A stretch of DNA of 56,593 nt from Microgenomates group bacterium GW2011_GWC1_46_15 (GCA_001002285.1 LCLX01000001.1:258302-314894); one strand, 5' to 3'. Counted from the first letter of the stretch, positions 1-9,632 are shown. A program made the numbers and translations. Notes: generated by a model not told the origin, from the letters alone.

Positions 1-1
1 T

Positions 2-1012
2 CAGTTTGACGGGGATGACAATGCCGCAGACCAGATTCTCAATCTTGGAAAGCTGTACAAAAAACAGGACATTCATGAAACGGTATACGAACGGTATTGG
101 CACGGGTATCTTGTGTTTCTCCGACCACTGTTGGCGATCACGTCATATGCGGGAGTGCGGATAGTGCTGACCGCGGTATTGTTTAGCATATTTGCGATAT
201 TCATGCATACATCCTGGAAACGGCTTGGTGTCCGAACAACATTTGGCTTACTCGTAGGCTTTATCGCGGTTGATTTCTTCTGGTTGGGTAAATCTCTGCA
301 ACTCTCAAATACATTTATCACTGGCATGCTTGGGTCGCTGTATCTTCTGCGTAAAAAAAATCTGTCTTTTTTGGAAGTCAGCACGGTGTTTTTTATTGTC
401 GGGGCGGTTACGCAGTATATTGACGTGTTGTCGGCGCCGCTTGTGAGTCTGGGTTTGTTGTTGGTTATAACAGCTGGTCTCTTGAAAAAAACAATTGATC
501 TCAAAAAAGTGGTATTTTTCTGTATCTTATGGTCGGTTGGATACCTGTCCTTATGGGGAGCCAAATGGATTCTTGCAGAACGCACCTATGTTCCCGGCGC
601 AATTACTGTTGGGTACAAAAAAGTGCAGGATCGGACCATGAACTCTGTTGACGCACAGTTCAGCAGGAAAAATGCGGTACTGCGGAACTTCTACCAATTA
701 CGAGGATATGACAAGCGGGACAAAATCGTTCTGCTTGTTCTCGGGATTTGCTATGCGATGTTTATGGTGCGGTATTTTTCGGTGAAATCGGCGAGTACAA
801 AAAAGGTAGTCATGTGGATCGCGGTTGCCACTATTCCCTACCTCTGGTACTTTATCGTGGCTGAGCACTCATACATCCATGTGCTATTCACGTATAGGAA
901 CCAGTTCGTCACCGTTTTTGCCCTGTTTTTGGTTTCTACAGAGTTTGTTGACTGGAAGCGGGTGAAGAGGGATATACTGAATATAAGAGAGATACATATG
1001 GGAAGGGGGTGA
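2..1012 (+). CDS. polytopic integral membrane protein (5' end lies outside the window)
   Basis: The frame of the 113..1012 ORF stays open back to nt 2 (QFDGDDNAADQILNLGKLYKKQDIHETVYERYWHGYLVFL...) with no in-frame ATG, so the gene starts upstream of the window. Several hydrophobic helices. TGA stop at 1010-1012. Confidence 0.6.
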   Translation, partial: QFDGDDNAADQILNLGKLYKKQDIHETVYERYWHGYLVFLRPLLAITSYAGVRIVLTAVLFSIFAIFMHTSWKRLGVRTTFGLLVGFIAVDFFWLGKSLQLSNTFITGMLGSLYLLRKKNLSFLEVSTVFFIVGAVTQYIDVLSAPLVSLGLLLVITAGLLKKTIDLKKVVFFCILWSVGYLSLWGAKWILAERTYVPGAITVGYKKVQDRTMNSVDAQFSRKNAVLRNFYQLRGYDKRDKIVLLVLGICYAMFMVRYFSVKSASTKKVVMWIAVATIPYLWYFIVAEHSYIHVLFTYRNQFVTVFALFLVSTEFVDWKRVKRDILNIREIHMGRG

Positions 1013-1017
1013 GTAGA

Positions 1018-1287
1018 ATGAAAACTGTCCATGAATCCCATGTTGCACTTTTCTTGGCAAGCGTTTTAGCTCTTTTCCACGGATTTTGGTCCCTGTTAGT
1101 CTTTTTAGGATTAGGAAAGCCGCTTCTCGACTGGATGTTCTGGATTCATTTCCTCGCGAACCCATTTAAAGTTCGGGCATTTGATATACAGACAGCCATC
1201 ATATTAATTGTGATGACGTTTGTTATCGGATACGCCGGAGGTTGGGTTGCAGGATGGGTTTGGAATAGAGTTGCAAAGAGAAAGTAA
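1018..1287 (+). CDS. small membrane protein, hypothetical
   Basis: ATG at 1018 is preceded by the SD-like GGGGGTGAG (1004-1012). The ORF track starts it at GTG 1009. Hydrophobic helices LFLASVLALFHGFWSLLVFLGLG and AIILIVMTFVIGYAGGWVAGWVW. Confidence 0.5.
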   Translation: MKTVHESHVALFLASVLALFHGFWSLLVFLGLGKPLLDWMFWIHFLANPFKVRAFDIQTAIILIVMTFVIGYAGGWVAGWVWNRVAKRK

Positions 1288-1365
1288 TAAAGAACGTTGA
1301 GTTTTTCGCACGCTTCTTTAGGGGGGTGTTTTTTTGTTTGCTTTATTTTTCAATATACACCAGGC

Positions 1366-1394
1366 TAGATTTTTACGCCATTCCGTGCTATACT
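1366..1394 (+). promoter_or_regulatory. candidate sigma70-type promoter for the helicase gene
   Basis: TAGATT (1366-1371), 17-nt spacer, TGcTATACT extended -10 (1386-1394). Lies about 70 nt upstream of ATG 1466, which has its own AAAGGAA SD. Confidence 0.4.
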
Positions 1395-1465
1395 ACACAC
1401 CTTCGGTTTGAAGTTCTCCTCAATGGTGAATAATGTGATTCTTTCCGCAGTAACACAAAGGAACT

Positions 1466-2671
1466 ATGTCTCAAGCGTACGGGAGTACCCGTTCATATGG
1501 CTCGTATGGCGCATCGCGTCAACGCAGACCATTCCAATTCCGCGCTCAATCACGTAGACAGATGGGTGCGTATATCGCCCCGTCTCGGTATGTTCAGGCA
1601 GCGCAAGCTCCAGAACAAGAAGTACCATATCAACCAACACATGCATTTATTGATTTTGGTTTTGATGGTCAGATTCTTGCGAACGTTCAGCGTCATGGAT
1701 ATACCACACCAACCCCGATTCAGGATCAGGCGATTCCTGCGTTGATGGAGGGGAAAGATGTGGTAGGGATTGCGCAAACAGGTACGGGGAAAACCGCTGC
1801 CTTTTTGCTCCCACTGCTCAATAAAGTACTCCTTGATTCCAATCAGGGTGTACTGATTTTGGCTCCAACCCGCGAGTTGGCACTCCAAATCACGGAAGAG
1901 TTCCATGCGTTTGCCGCGCGACTACCGGTGAGTTCGTGCTTGTGCATCGGGGGGATGAATATTGAACGGCAAATACTCCAGCTCCGTAACAACCCGCACT
2001 TTGTTATTGGAACTCCAGGACGCATTAAAGACCTGATTCAGCGCAACGTTTTTGATACTTCGATGTTTACCAATATTGTATTGGATGAAGTAGATCGCAT
2101 GTTAGATATTGGTTTTCGGCAAGACATTAGATTCTTGATTTCAAAGTTGCCACCAAAAAGACATGCGGCCTTCTTCAGTGCAACATTAAACGGTGAGGCT
2201 GATGCTATTGCACGTACATTTTTAACAGATCCTGTTATGATTCAAGTGCACAAAAAAGAAACACACCAGCATATTGAGCAGGACATTGTGAGGGTACAAC
2301 CGGGACAAAACAAGATTGATGTTCTACACCAGTTGTTACTCCGTGCAGAGTTTAGGAAAGTGATGGTGTTTGGCCGAACCAAACATGGCATTAATAAACT
2401 TGAAGAAATGCTCGCGTACCGCGGTGTCCGCGTTGCCTCGATTCATGGGAACAAAAACCAGAATGCGCGTCAGCGGTCTTTGGAAGCGTTTAAGTCTGGA
2501 CGCGTGCAAGCTCTACTCGCAACCGATATTGCCGCCCGTGGTATTGATGTTGAAGACGTCACGCACGTCATTAACTTTGATGAACCGCAGTCGTACGATG
2601 ATTATGTGCACCGTATTGGCCGTACAGGTCGGGCTGGCAAGATGGGGAAGGCGTTGACCTTTGTGTTATAA
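1466..2671 (+). CDS. DEAD-box ATP-dependent RNA helicase (motif II variant DEVD)
   Basis: Q motif GYTTPTPIQ, motif I AQTGTGKTAAF, Ia PTRELA, II DEVD, III SAT, VI HRIGRTGRAG. N-terminal R/S/Y-rich tail. Confidence 0.95.
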   Translation: MSQAYGSTRSYGSYGASRQRRPFQFRAQSRRQMGAYIAPSRYVQAAQAPEQEVPYQPTHAFIDFGFDGQILANVQRHGYTTPTPIQDQAIPALMEGKDVVGIAQTGTGKTAAFLLPLLNKVLLDSNQGVLILAPTRELALQITEEFHAFAARLPVSSCLCIGGMNIERQILQLRNNPHFVIGTPGRIKDLIQRNVFDTSMFTNIVLDEVDRMLDIGFRQDIRFLISKLPPKRHAAFFSATLNGEADAIARTFLTDPVMIQVHKKETHQHIEQDIVRVQPGQNKIDVLHQLLLRAEFRKVMVFGRTKHGINKLEEMLAYRGVRVASIHGNKNQNARQRSLEAFKSGRVQALLATDIAARGIDVEDVTHVINFDEPQSYDDYVHRIGRTGRAGKMGKALTFVL

Positions 2672-2704
2672 CATTTAGTGCACCCCGTCTATTTGAGGAA
2701 TTCT

Positions 2705-3844
2705 ATGAAACCAACACTTTTTAATGTATTGATCGTGTATTCGCAAGATCTCGCGGATAGCGCATCATCGAACTCCCCATCGGTTGTTGTGCCTTTTAAT
2801 TCTCGTTCAAAAAGTGAAGGATATAACGATGTATATGGCTATTTTATGAACGTATGCCGAAAGAATACCGTAAAAGTAGCGTTTACAACGTCCGCGGATA
2901 TTATTGGGGCAGGCTTGTGTAGAAGTTATTGGGTATATACAAAGAATGTTTGGATAAAAGTAAAAGAACATGGATACGCGGAGCTGATTTTTGACAAATT
3001 TTTGCCAACAACACACACGCTTATTCAAAAAAGAGACCTCCTTTTTTCTTCAGAAAGAGTGAAATCGTTTAGCAATCCATATATTCATACACTTTTCTTT
3101 GATAAACAAAAAACATATATGAAGTTAAAGAATTTCACCATTCCCACGGTGGCGGTTGCGGATCATACAATGAAGAGTGTTTCCGCCGCGTGTTCCTCTT
3201 TACGCACCCTCATGAAACTCCATCCGCATACACAAGATTTTTCAACTGACATTATTATGAAAGACAGGTTTGGAGCATGTGGAAATGATATTTATAAGTT
3301 TGAGAAAAATCAGGAAAACAAGATGCGCGCAGTTCTTCAAAAGAACACAAAAAAGTCGTTTATCATTCAGCCATTCACGCAGTTCGATAAAGGGTACCGC
3401 TATAACAATACGTTGGTATCCGCGGACATCCGACTCATTTATCTTAAGGGAAAGATTGTGCAGACCTATGTGAGAATGGCAAAGAAAGAAAGTTTTTTGT
3501 GCAATGAACACCAGGGAGGTTTGTTGAAATATATTACACAACGGGATGTTCCACGAAGTGTTATGGCTCAAGCAAAGAACATCATTAAGACATTGAACAG
3601 AAATAGTTCGCTATTTGCACTAGATTTTGTTATCAGCAATGACGGAAACCCGTATCTTATTGAAGGAAACGCGGAGCCAGGACTCGATTGGAATCCATTC
3701 ATTCAAAAAAATATTGATAAATCAAAAGAATTTATCAGGATTATTGTCCGCGAGTTGGCTCGGTTGGTGAATATTTCAAAAGCTCCAGTTCAAACGCAAA
3801 CGCGCACGTGGGTTTCTGAGTGGTACAATGGTTTAACGAGATAG
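2705..3844 (+). CDS. ATP-grasp domain protein (RimK/glutathione-synthetase-like fold), substrate unknown
   Basis: ATP-grasp C-terminal signature FALDFVISNDGNPYLIEGNAEPG, plus IIMKDRFGACGNDIYKF, FIIQPF and DIRLIYLKGKIV. ATG 2705 follows GAGGA (2694-2698). The ORF track starts at GTG 2678. Confidence 0.72.
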   Translation: MKPTLFNVLIVYSQDLADSASSNSPSVVVPFNSRSKSEGYNDVYGYFMNVCRKNTVKVAFTTSADIIGAGLCRSYWVYTKNVWIKVKEHGYAELIFDKFLPTTHTLIQKRDLLFSSERVKSFSNPYIHTLFFDKQKTYMKLKNFTIPTVAVADHTMKSVSAACSSLRTLMKLHPHTQDFSTDIIMKDRFGACGNDIYKFEKNQENKMRAVLQKNTKKSFIIQPFTQFDKGYRYNNTLVSADIRLIYLKGKIVQTYVRMAKKESFLCNEHQGGLLKYITQRDVPRSVMAQAKNIIKTLNRNSSLFALDFVISNDGNPYLIEGNAEPGLDWNPFIQKNIDKSKEFIRIIVRELARLVNISKAPVQTQTRTWVSEWYNGLTR

Positions 3845-3862
3845 TATCTGAAAGTTTTCTAT

Positions 3863-4207
3863 ATGTTACTCCTCATTTTATTTTTGATCGTTGGATCAAT
3901 GCTTGCGTATATATCAAAATATAATCTCATGCTGGTTTCGGTGAATTTGGGGCAGTATGTTTTTTCGAACATTCCGCTCTTTTATGTGATTACTGGTTCA
4001 GTGGTAACGGGGTTGGTTCTGTCTTATCTGATTTATTTTACCCATGACATTTCTACTTCTTGGATACTCCGTGGAAAAAAGAATGAACTCAAAAAAGGTA
4101 AAGACGAGGTACTTGAGTTGACCAAGCGCGTACACCAGCTAGAGTTAGAGAATGAAAAACTAAAACATAGCTCTCGTAACGAACCCGAAGATCTGAATGC
4201 ATTGTGA
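3863..4207 (+). CDS. LapA-domain (DUF1049)-like membrane protein with C-terminal coiled coil
   Basis: Two N-terminal TM helices followed by KKGKDEVLELTKRVHQLELENEKLK, an architecture typical of LapA_dom proteins. The stop overlaps the next gene start (GTGA). Confidence 0.55.
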   Translation: MLLLILFLIVGSMLAYISKYNLMLVSVNLGQYVFSNIPLFYVITGSVVTGLVLSYLIYFTHDISTSWILRGKKNELKKGKDEVLELTKRVHQLELENEKLKHSSRNEPEDLNAL

Positions 4208-4737
4208 AAACATTTATTGCAAAAATCTGGAAAGCGCTTCATCTCCCCAAAGGTTTACAACTTTTTCTGATGTGTTTTTTCCAAGATCAATTTCTTGTCG
4301 GCGTAACGGGAATTATTTTTAATGACAAGCACGAAATCCTTCTTTTTAAACATATCTATCGGCCGCACGCGTGGAGTTTGCCGGGCGGTTATTTAAAATC
4401 TGGCGAGCATCCGCGTGAAGCGCTTGAAAGGGAAATCAAGGAAGAATCAGGCTTTGTGGTCAGTATTGATGAGTCGCTGAAAACCCGTACCGACCGTGAT
4501 ATCGCGCGCCTAGACATGTGCTACATCGGCGTTCTTATTGGCGGTGAGTTCAAATCAACGCACGAAGTGTCCGAGTACGGCTTTTTTGCGCAGGATAAAC
4601 TTCCCCTTCTTAGAAAAAATCAGGTATTTCTCATTGATGAGGCGTTGAAACAACGAATTCCGTTTTACCGCGCACTTGGGGTGTTAGTATTGTCTGATCC
4701 GAGTTGTCCTGCGTCTTCTGCGGCTTTTCTCTCTTGA
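4204..4737 (+). CDS. NUDIX hydrolase
   Basis: Nudix box GGYLKSGEHPREALEREIKEESGF (GX5EX7REUXEEXGU). GTG start overlaps the upstream stop. Confidence 0.85.
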   Translation: MKTFIAKIWKALHLPKGLQLFLMCFFQDQFLVGVTGIIFNDKHEILLFKHIYRPHAWSLPGGYLKSGEHPREALEREIKEESGFVVSIDESLKTRTDRDIARLDMCYIGVLIGGEFKSTHEVSEYGFFAQDKLPLLRKNQVFLIDEALKQRIPFYRALGVLVLSDPSCPASSAAFLS

Positions 4738-4844
4738 TCTGTTTCAGGCTTCTTCTCGGGTTTTTTAGGTTCTAAAGCATCCGTTACCGCTTTTGCCGCC
4801 GCTTCTTTCTCAGCCGTTCTTGCTTCTTCTGGAGTTGGTGCCAT
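4665..4844 (-). CDS. 59-aa highly charged K/E/A/P-rich small protein, hypothetical (not in the ORF track, below its size cut-off)
   Basis: Hand translation: MAPTPEEARTAEKEAAAKAVTDALEPKKPEKKPETDQERKAAEDAGQLGSDNTNTPSAR, then TAA. Preceded by AAGGAGGAG (complement of 4846-4854). It lies 51 nt downstream of the stop of the 4896..5342 gene on the same strand. Overlaps the 3' tail of the NUDIX ORF. Confidence 0.35.
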   Translation of the reverse strand: MAPTPEEARTAEKEAAAKAVTDALEPKKPEKKPETDQERKAAEDAGQLGSDNTNTPSAR

Positions 4845-4895
4845 ACTCCTCCTTCATGTGGTTTTGTCTTATGCCATCACTACTATATGCTTTTT

Positions 4896-5342
4896 CTACT
4901 TCTTTGTTTTCGTTCTCTCACCCAACTCCATCATCGCGATGCCTTGAACGAGATCAAGCACTATGGCAAGCGCAGCAATCATGTACCAGGAGCTCACTCC
5001 CAGACCAAACTGGTATGAAAACCGGGTAATGACCGCAAGACCAAGGAAGTTAAGGATGAGATACTTAATCATCCATTCCATGGGAGTCAACATTCTTTTC
5101 TTCAACTTTTCAATTTCGTGGATAAATGGGATGGCGAGCGTATCAATAAGCGCAAGCGTTCCCATACTCAACACAATAGCCAACGCCAGGCTTATTGTGG
5201 CAGTTCCTAACACAACATACTGCGGAAAGAACATGTTGGCGGCGTACACAACCAACGCGTTTACGGCAAAAAGCGCGCCATATGTTATTACCAACATCAT
5301 TCCCGGATTTGCAAGGATGGGGCGGGTTTGTTTTTTGGGCAT
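4896..5342 (-). CDS. integral membrane protein, hypothetical
   Basis: 148 aa with about four hydrophobic helices. Strong SD GAAGGAGAA (complement of 5346-5354) 4 nt upstream of the ATG. Confidence 0.6.
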   Translation of the reverse strand: MPKKQTRPILANPGMMLVITYGALFAVNALVVYAANMFFPQYVVLGTATISLALAIVLSMGTLALIDTLAIPFIHEIEKLKKRMLTPMEWMIKYLILNFLGLAVITRFSYQFGLGVSSWYMIAALAIVLDLVQGIAMMELGERTKTKK

Positions 5343-5400
5343 AGTTCTCCTTCACAATGAATACTACATATAGTGTAGCAACAATACCCAAAAAGCACCA

Positions 5401-5430
5401 TTGACGAAGTTTCTCGAAAGCGGGTATGCT
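5401..5430 (+). promoter_or_regulatory. near-consensus promoter placed for a leaderless transcript
   Basis: TTGACG (5401-5406), 18-nt spacer, TATGCT (5425-5430), then exactly 6 nt to ATG 5437. No SD. Confidence 0.55.
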
Positions 5431-5436
5431 GTGTGC

Positions 5437-6339
5437 ATGACAATGATCCGCACGTTTTTTACCACGCTTGTTCGATCATCCACGTCTCCCCGTTACTATA
5501 CTGATGTTGTCCATGCGCCGTTTTCTTTTTCGCTGAAGTTCTTTATTGCGCTCGAAGCGCTTATCGCGTTTGTTCTTGCGTGTGTCGTAAGTATGTTCGC
5601 GTGGAAGTTCAACCTTAAACAAGTTGTCCAGAACGCTGGGACTGTATATCCCGCCGATCTTAAACTGGATGTGCGTGGCGGAAAATTAGCAATCAACAAA
5701 CCTCTGCCGTATACAGTGAGTGTGCCGGTGTCATGGGGAGAATCGGGAAAACAACCAATACCTTTTATTGTCTTTGAGTCGGATAAAAAAGTCCGTGGAA
5801 TCAATGATGTGACAGCGGAGCAAGCGCCGATCGTTATAACGGAAAGTATTGTTTACCTTAAAAAAGGAGAAGGCAGCGAAATCCGCGCGCTTCCATTTTC
5901 TTCATTTGAAGGATCGTTTTCGTTGACAAAAAAAGATATTGATGGAATGGTCAACCGAATGTTTATGCATCCGCTCTTCGCGTATAAGTTATACATCCCA
6001 CTTATCGGATCATTCGTGTTTGGCGCGGGATTTGTGTTCCTCACACTTTCGACAATGATAAAAATTCTTTTGTTCTCTTTGATTATATTTGTTATCGTAA
6101 AGATTTTTATGAAAAAGAACGCATTGAGTTATGCAAAAATATATCAGGTAAGTTTGCACGCGATGACCCCATTTTTGCTCATTTCAGTTCTTGAATTTTC
6201 AACAAAATCTCATATTCTTGTTGGACCGCTTGCTGTGGTTCTTCTTTTTGTTTGGGTGCTCTATATACTTTCATCAATCAAAGTACACGATCTGCCTATA
6301 AAGAAACTGGCGCGTGTACGAAAACCGCGGCGTAGATAG
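5437..6339 (+). CDS. DUF1189-like polytopic membrane protein
   Basis: The N-terminus IRTFFTTLVRSSTSPRYYTDV...FSLKFFIALEALIAFVL resembles the DUF1189 N-terminal pattern, with C-terminal TM helices. The start was chosen at ATG 5437 because of the promoter geometry. The ORF track begins at TTG 5401, which is the -35 element itself. Confidence 0.6.
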   Translation: MTMIRTFFTTLVRSSTSPRYYTDVVHAPFSFSLKFFIALEALIAFVLACVVSMFAWKFNLKQVVQNAGTVYPADLKLDVRGGKLAINKPLPYTVSVPVSWGESGKQPIPFIVFESDKKVRGINDVTAEQAPIVITESIVYLKKGEGSEIRALPFSSFEGSFSLTKKDIDGMVNRMFMHPLFAYKLYIPLIGSFVFGAGFVFLTLSTMIKILLFSLIIFVIVKIFMKKNALSYAKIYQVSLHAMTPFLLISVLEFSTKSHILVGPLAVVLLFVWVLYILSSIKVHDLPIKKLARVRKPRRR

Positions 6340-6347
6340 TTCTACTT

Positions 6348-7841
6348 ATGGCAGTACAACACAAACGCGTATCATTGCGGACAAAACTGTACAGTATTTT
6401 CGTTATTTCTTTATTTTTACTCACAATTTTTTTCCGCGCGTATCATTTTTCGCAGAACATTCAGTTTGATCAGGATTTTGGTCGTGATTCACTGTACGCG
6501 ATGCGAATGCTCAATGGTAAGTTGACGTTGCTTGGTCCGCAAGCAAGCGTGGGGGGATTTTATCTTGCGCCACTCTATTTTTATCTGGTTGCGGCGGTAT
6601 ACGGTCTTGTTGGATATATTCCCCAGACAATGTCGGTTGTGTTTATTAGTATGGGAATAGCGACAGTTTGGATTGGATTTCATCTACAGAAAACATATTT
6701 TTCGCGCACCGCAGCGCTCCTTTTTCTCATATTTGTGGTTACACATCAAACACTCGTTATCGCAAGCCGTTCCGCAACCAATCAGCCAATTATTCCGCTT
6801 GTTACAGTGGTGACAGTACTTGCATACATGGCGGCTTTACAGAAAAAAACGCTACGGTCATATCTCTATGTTGGATTGGCGTACGGTTTATACTTCCACG
6901 TTCACTTTAGCGGACTTCTTTTGTTTCCCGCGCTTTTACTTTTGACTTTTATCCAAAACAAAGGAACGGTTCGATACACCATACAAAAATTTATTGCAGT
7001 CGGTCTCGGTATTTTTATTATGCTGAGTCCACTCGTGTTTTTTGATCTTCGGCACAACCTTATTACAACAAAAGCATTTGTCACATATATCTCCGCGTCG
7101 GCGGAAGGAAAAGCGATTGCGACGAACTTACCGCACTGGAATACTGTGGAAAAAATTCAACACACACTCAAATTTTTCTCGCCAAATATGGTGTTGAGCC
7201 TCTTGATTATTGGTTTAGCGGGTGTGTGTGCGGTCAAAATGCGCGAGCGGCATATTGGAAGCATGCGGAGGTCATATCTCATGGCTTTAGGTGTGTTTTC
7301 TCTGAGTTCAATCGCATTTATTTTTGTGTATCGAGGATACTTGTTCGATTACTATGTACTTTCCCAGCTCACGGTATCGTTATTGTTTGTTTCCGCGTTG
7401 TTATCTTTATTGCGTCCACGTATGATCGCGTTTGGACTTGTAAGTATAACGGCGATTTTTTTCCTCCGCACATTGGACTATAGCCCAAAGTTTCGGACGA
7501 TTGCGAACCTGCGCCCCATCATGGATGTGATGGAAACAGATCTCAAAAAGTCTCCAAACAAACCGTTTGCTGTCTTTCAGGACAGCGTTGACGGACTTTC
7601 AAGTTTAGCGTATTCGTACCGCTTTTTGTTTGAACGCGACGGATTTCACCCAGTGAGTGAGTATTTTTATGAGCAAGCCACTGTATTGTATGTGGTGGCT
7701 GAGGGTGGTGAGATTAATCCGGCGTTACTTGGGAACTTTGAAGTGCGTATGTTTGGGCCTGGTTCATACGCGCTTTTGCAAAAAGTGCATACTGGCGAAC
7801 AAGATATATTTGTATACAGAGTAGAAAAGCACAAAGACTAA
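6348..7841 (+). CDS. GT-C fold membrane glycosyltransferase-like protein (GT39/ArnT-like)
   Basis: 497 aa with more than 10 TM helices. N-terminal FRAYHF...FDQDFGRDSLYA...GPQASVGGFYLAPLYFYL is typical of CPR family-39-type glycosyltransferases. Soluble C-terminal domain. Confidence 0.65.
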   Translation: MAVQHKRVSLRTKLYSIFVISLFLLTIFFRAYHFSQNIQFDQDFGRDSLYAMRMLNGKLTLLGPQASVGGFYLAPLYFYLVAAVYGLVGYIPQTMSVVFISMGIATVWIGFHLQKTYFSRTAALLFLIFVVTHQTLVIASRSATNQPIIPLVTVVTVLAYMAALQKKTLRSYLYVGLAYGLYFHVHFSGLLLFPALLLLTFIQNKGTVRYTIQKFIAVGLGIFIMLSPLVFFDLRHNLITTKAFVTYISASAEGKAIATNLPHWNTVEKIQHTLKFFSPNMVLSLLIIGLAGVCAVKMRERHIGSMRRSYLMALGVFSLSSIAFIFVYRGYLFDYYVLSQLTVSLLFVSALLSLLRPRMIAFGLVSITAIFFLRTLDYSPKFRTIANLRPIMDVMETDLKKSPNKPFAVFQDSVDGLSSLAYSYRFLFERDGFHPVSEYFYEQATVLYVVAEGGEINPALLGNFEVRMFGPGSYALLQKVHTGEQDIFVYRVEKHKD

Positions 7842-8548
7842 ACTTGTTGAAACTCGTGTTTTGCTTGAGAGCGGAACTGTTTTAGAATTTCGTCAAATTG
7901 TTGGCGCAATTGGATACTTTCAACGTGGAGTTGATCTCTGCGATGTGGACTTATGGGAACAGGATCGAAAAATGATCGCTGCCATGCCCCACTTTTCTCT
8001 CTCGCCCTCTTTTTATCTGCTTCGAGCAGATCTCGATTGGTTCTAATCATATGGGCGAGTCGGGATAGTGCAATAAGGTCGTTCCACATATTTGTCATAG
8101 CACCAACGGATACATATGCGGTTTCGGTCCTATACAAGAAGACCATTGCGGTTATATTTGAAAGAGAAAATGTGTGTGCTGCTGCAACGCTTGTAAGAAT
8201 GGTTTGAAGCTTAAACCGTTCAAGATGTTTATGATTTGGAGGTTTAAAATCCACAACGGTAAACCCTCCGATGACTACATCGGGGATGGCAGTAAGAAGG
8301 AGTCTATCACTGAGTGGTCTTGTTAATACTGTTCCTGGTTGCACGGATTGTTCTTCATGTAAGATTGCGGAAATTCCTTCTGACTCATACCCAGGAAAAG
8401 TTCCGTATGCCGTACGTAGTTTTGCAAGAAGAGCTTGATGTTTAAGAATTCCTTGGAGTGCTGCCTCTGAAGTGGAGTCAGGATGGTCGTTGTTTGTTGC
8501 AACTGCAATAACATCCGTAGCAGAGATTGTCTCAACGTTATTGTTCAT
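7838..8548 (-). CDS. hypothetical protein with a PD-(D/E)XK nuclease-like motif
   Basis: LLLTAIPDVVIGGFTVVDFKPPN fits the hhhD-N10-hhDxK core, with an upstream acidic GYESEG and a downstream LQTIL. C-terminal helical tail. 4-nt convergent overlap with the upstream gene. Confidence 0.55.
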   Translation of the reverse strand: MNNNVETISATDVIAVATNNDHPDSTSEAALQGILKHQALLAKLRTAYGTFPGYESEGISAILHEEQSVQPGTVLTRPLSDRLLLTAIPDVVIGGFTVVDFKPPNHKHLERFKLQTILTSVAAAHTFSLSNITAMVFLYRTETAYVSVGAMTNMWNDLIALSRLAHMIRTNRDLLEADKKRAREKSGAWQRSFFDPVPISPHRRDQLHVESIQLRQQFDEILKQFRSQAKHEFQQV

Positions 8549-8593
8549 ATCGTGCTAGGCGGGTATGTCTGTTGTAGCATACAATAGATAAAC

Positions 8594-8845
8594 ATGAAAT
8601 CGGCACAATCCATCGCGCAACCTACCCACCAGCCTTCTCAGCACAAACTTGAGGAACTCAAAGATAAACTCAACATCTATGAGGAAAAACTGGCATGGAA
8701 AATGAAGTTTTACCGTGGTGTTATCCACGAAAGCGCATCATCCGAGTTAAAACATGCTGAGGTTATGGTACTACGTGCGATGGTTGATGGGTTGAAACAA
8801 GAAGTTGCCGAGTTAGAACAAAAGATACATGATACAAACGCTTAA
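8594..8845 (+). CDS. small coiled-coil protein, hypothetical
   Basis: 83 aa with heptad-like KLEELKDKLNIYEEKL and LKQEVAELEQKI. TACAAT (8580-8585) lies 8 nt upstream of the ATG. Confidence 0.5.
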   Translation: MKSAQSIAQPTHQPSQHKLEELKDKLNIYEEKLAWKMKFYRGVIHESASSELKHAEVMVLRAMVDGLKQEVAELEQKIHDTNA

Positions 8846-8856
8846 AAGCAACGCAT

Positions 8857-8865
8857 TGGTATAAT
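8857..8865 (+). promoter_or_regulatory. extended -10 promoter placed for a leaderless transcript
   Basis: TGgTATAAT, then 6 nt (GCCGGT), then ATG 8872. No SD. Confidence 0.5.
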
Positions 8866-8871
8866 GCCGGT

Positions 8872-9600
8872 ATGAAATATCCACAATGGAAAGGACTTAC
8901 GCGGTGTTGTGTTTGTGGTGGAAAAAGATTTATCCAAAAGAACATTTTATGGAAAGAACTTATTCAGGATTGGGAGCTTTCTGACGACGAAGTCATTGCG
9001 ATGAATCAGCAGCAGGGATATACGTGTACAACGTGCAGATCAAATCTCCGGAGCATAAACTTGGCGGCCGCACTCATGCATGAAGGAGGAGTTTCATGGG
9101 CGCAGCTTAAGCATGAAACATTCGATCATTTTTGCCGGTTTTCATCTTTTGCACAAACAACGTCACTTTTGGAAATCAACTCCGTGTACACACTTACATC
9201 AAGACTCAAACATTGTATACACCATACGCTTGCCTCGTATCCGAAATATGATATGCAGCATTTATTACTCCCGTCCCATACATATGATATCGTTGTGCAC
9301 GCCGATACTCTAGAACACCTTCCAAAAAAAGAAAAAGGATTGAAAGAATGCTATCGGGTGTTAAAAAAAGGCGGGGCGTTACTCTGTACAATCCCCATTG
9401 TTCTCACAAAGTTAACGCGCTCACGTATTGGAATGAAGCCGAGCTATCATGGAAAATCGTTTATCCGGAAGCATGATTATCTTGTGTATACAGAGTTTGG
9501 CGCCGATTTTTGGACATACTTTTTGGATGCGGGGTTTTCACGTATAGAGCTTTTTACGATAAGCGGACCAAACTCTCTTGTTATCATTGCAAGAAAATAG
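8872..9600 (+). CDS. Zn-ribbon plus class I SAM-methyltransferase-like protein (Methyltransf_11 type)
   Basis: CCVCGG...CTTCRS four-Cys ribbon. DIVVHADTLEHLPKKEKGLKECYRVLKKGGALLCTIP matches the post-II/III region of small-molecule methyltransferases. Motif I reads LLEINSVYT, so the usual GxGxG glycines are absent. Confidence 0.7.
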   Translation: MKYPQWKGLTRCCVCGGKRFIQKNILWKELIQDWELSDDEVIAMNQQQGYTCTTCRSNLRSINLAAALMHEGGVSWAQLKHETFDHFCRFSSFAQTTSLLEINSVYTLTSRLKHCIHHTLASYPKYDMQHLLLPSHTYDIVVHADTLEHLPKKEKGLKECYRVLKKGGALLCTIPIVLTKLTRSRIGMKPSYHGKSFIRKHDYLVYTEFGADFWTYFLDAGFSRIELFTISGPNSLVIIARK

Positions 9601-9620
9601 TGTGCCTATTCAAATCACTG

Positions 9621-9626
9621 TACAAT
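9621..9626 (+). promoter_or_regulatory. -10 hexamer placed for a leaderless transcript
   Basis: TACAAT, then 6 nt (GAGCAT), then ATG 9633. No SD. Confidence 0.4.
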
Positions 9627-9632
9627 GAGCAT

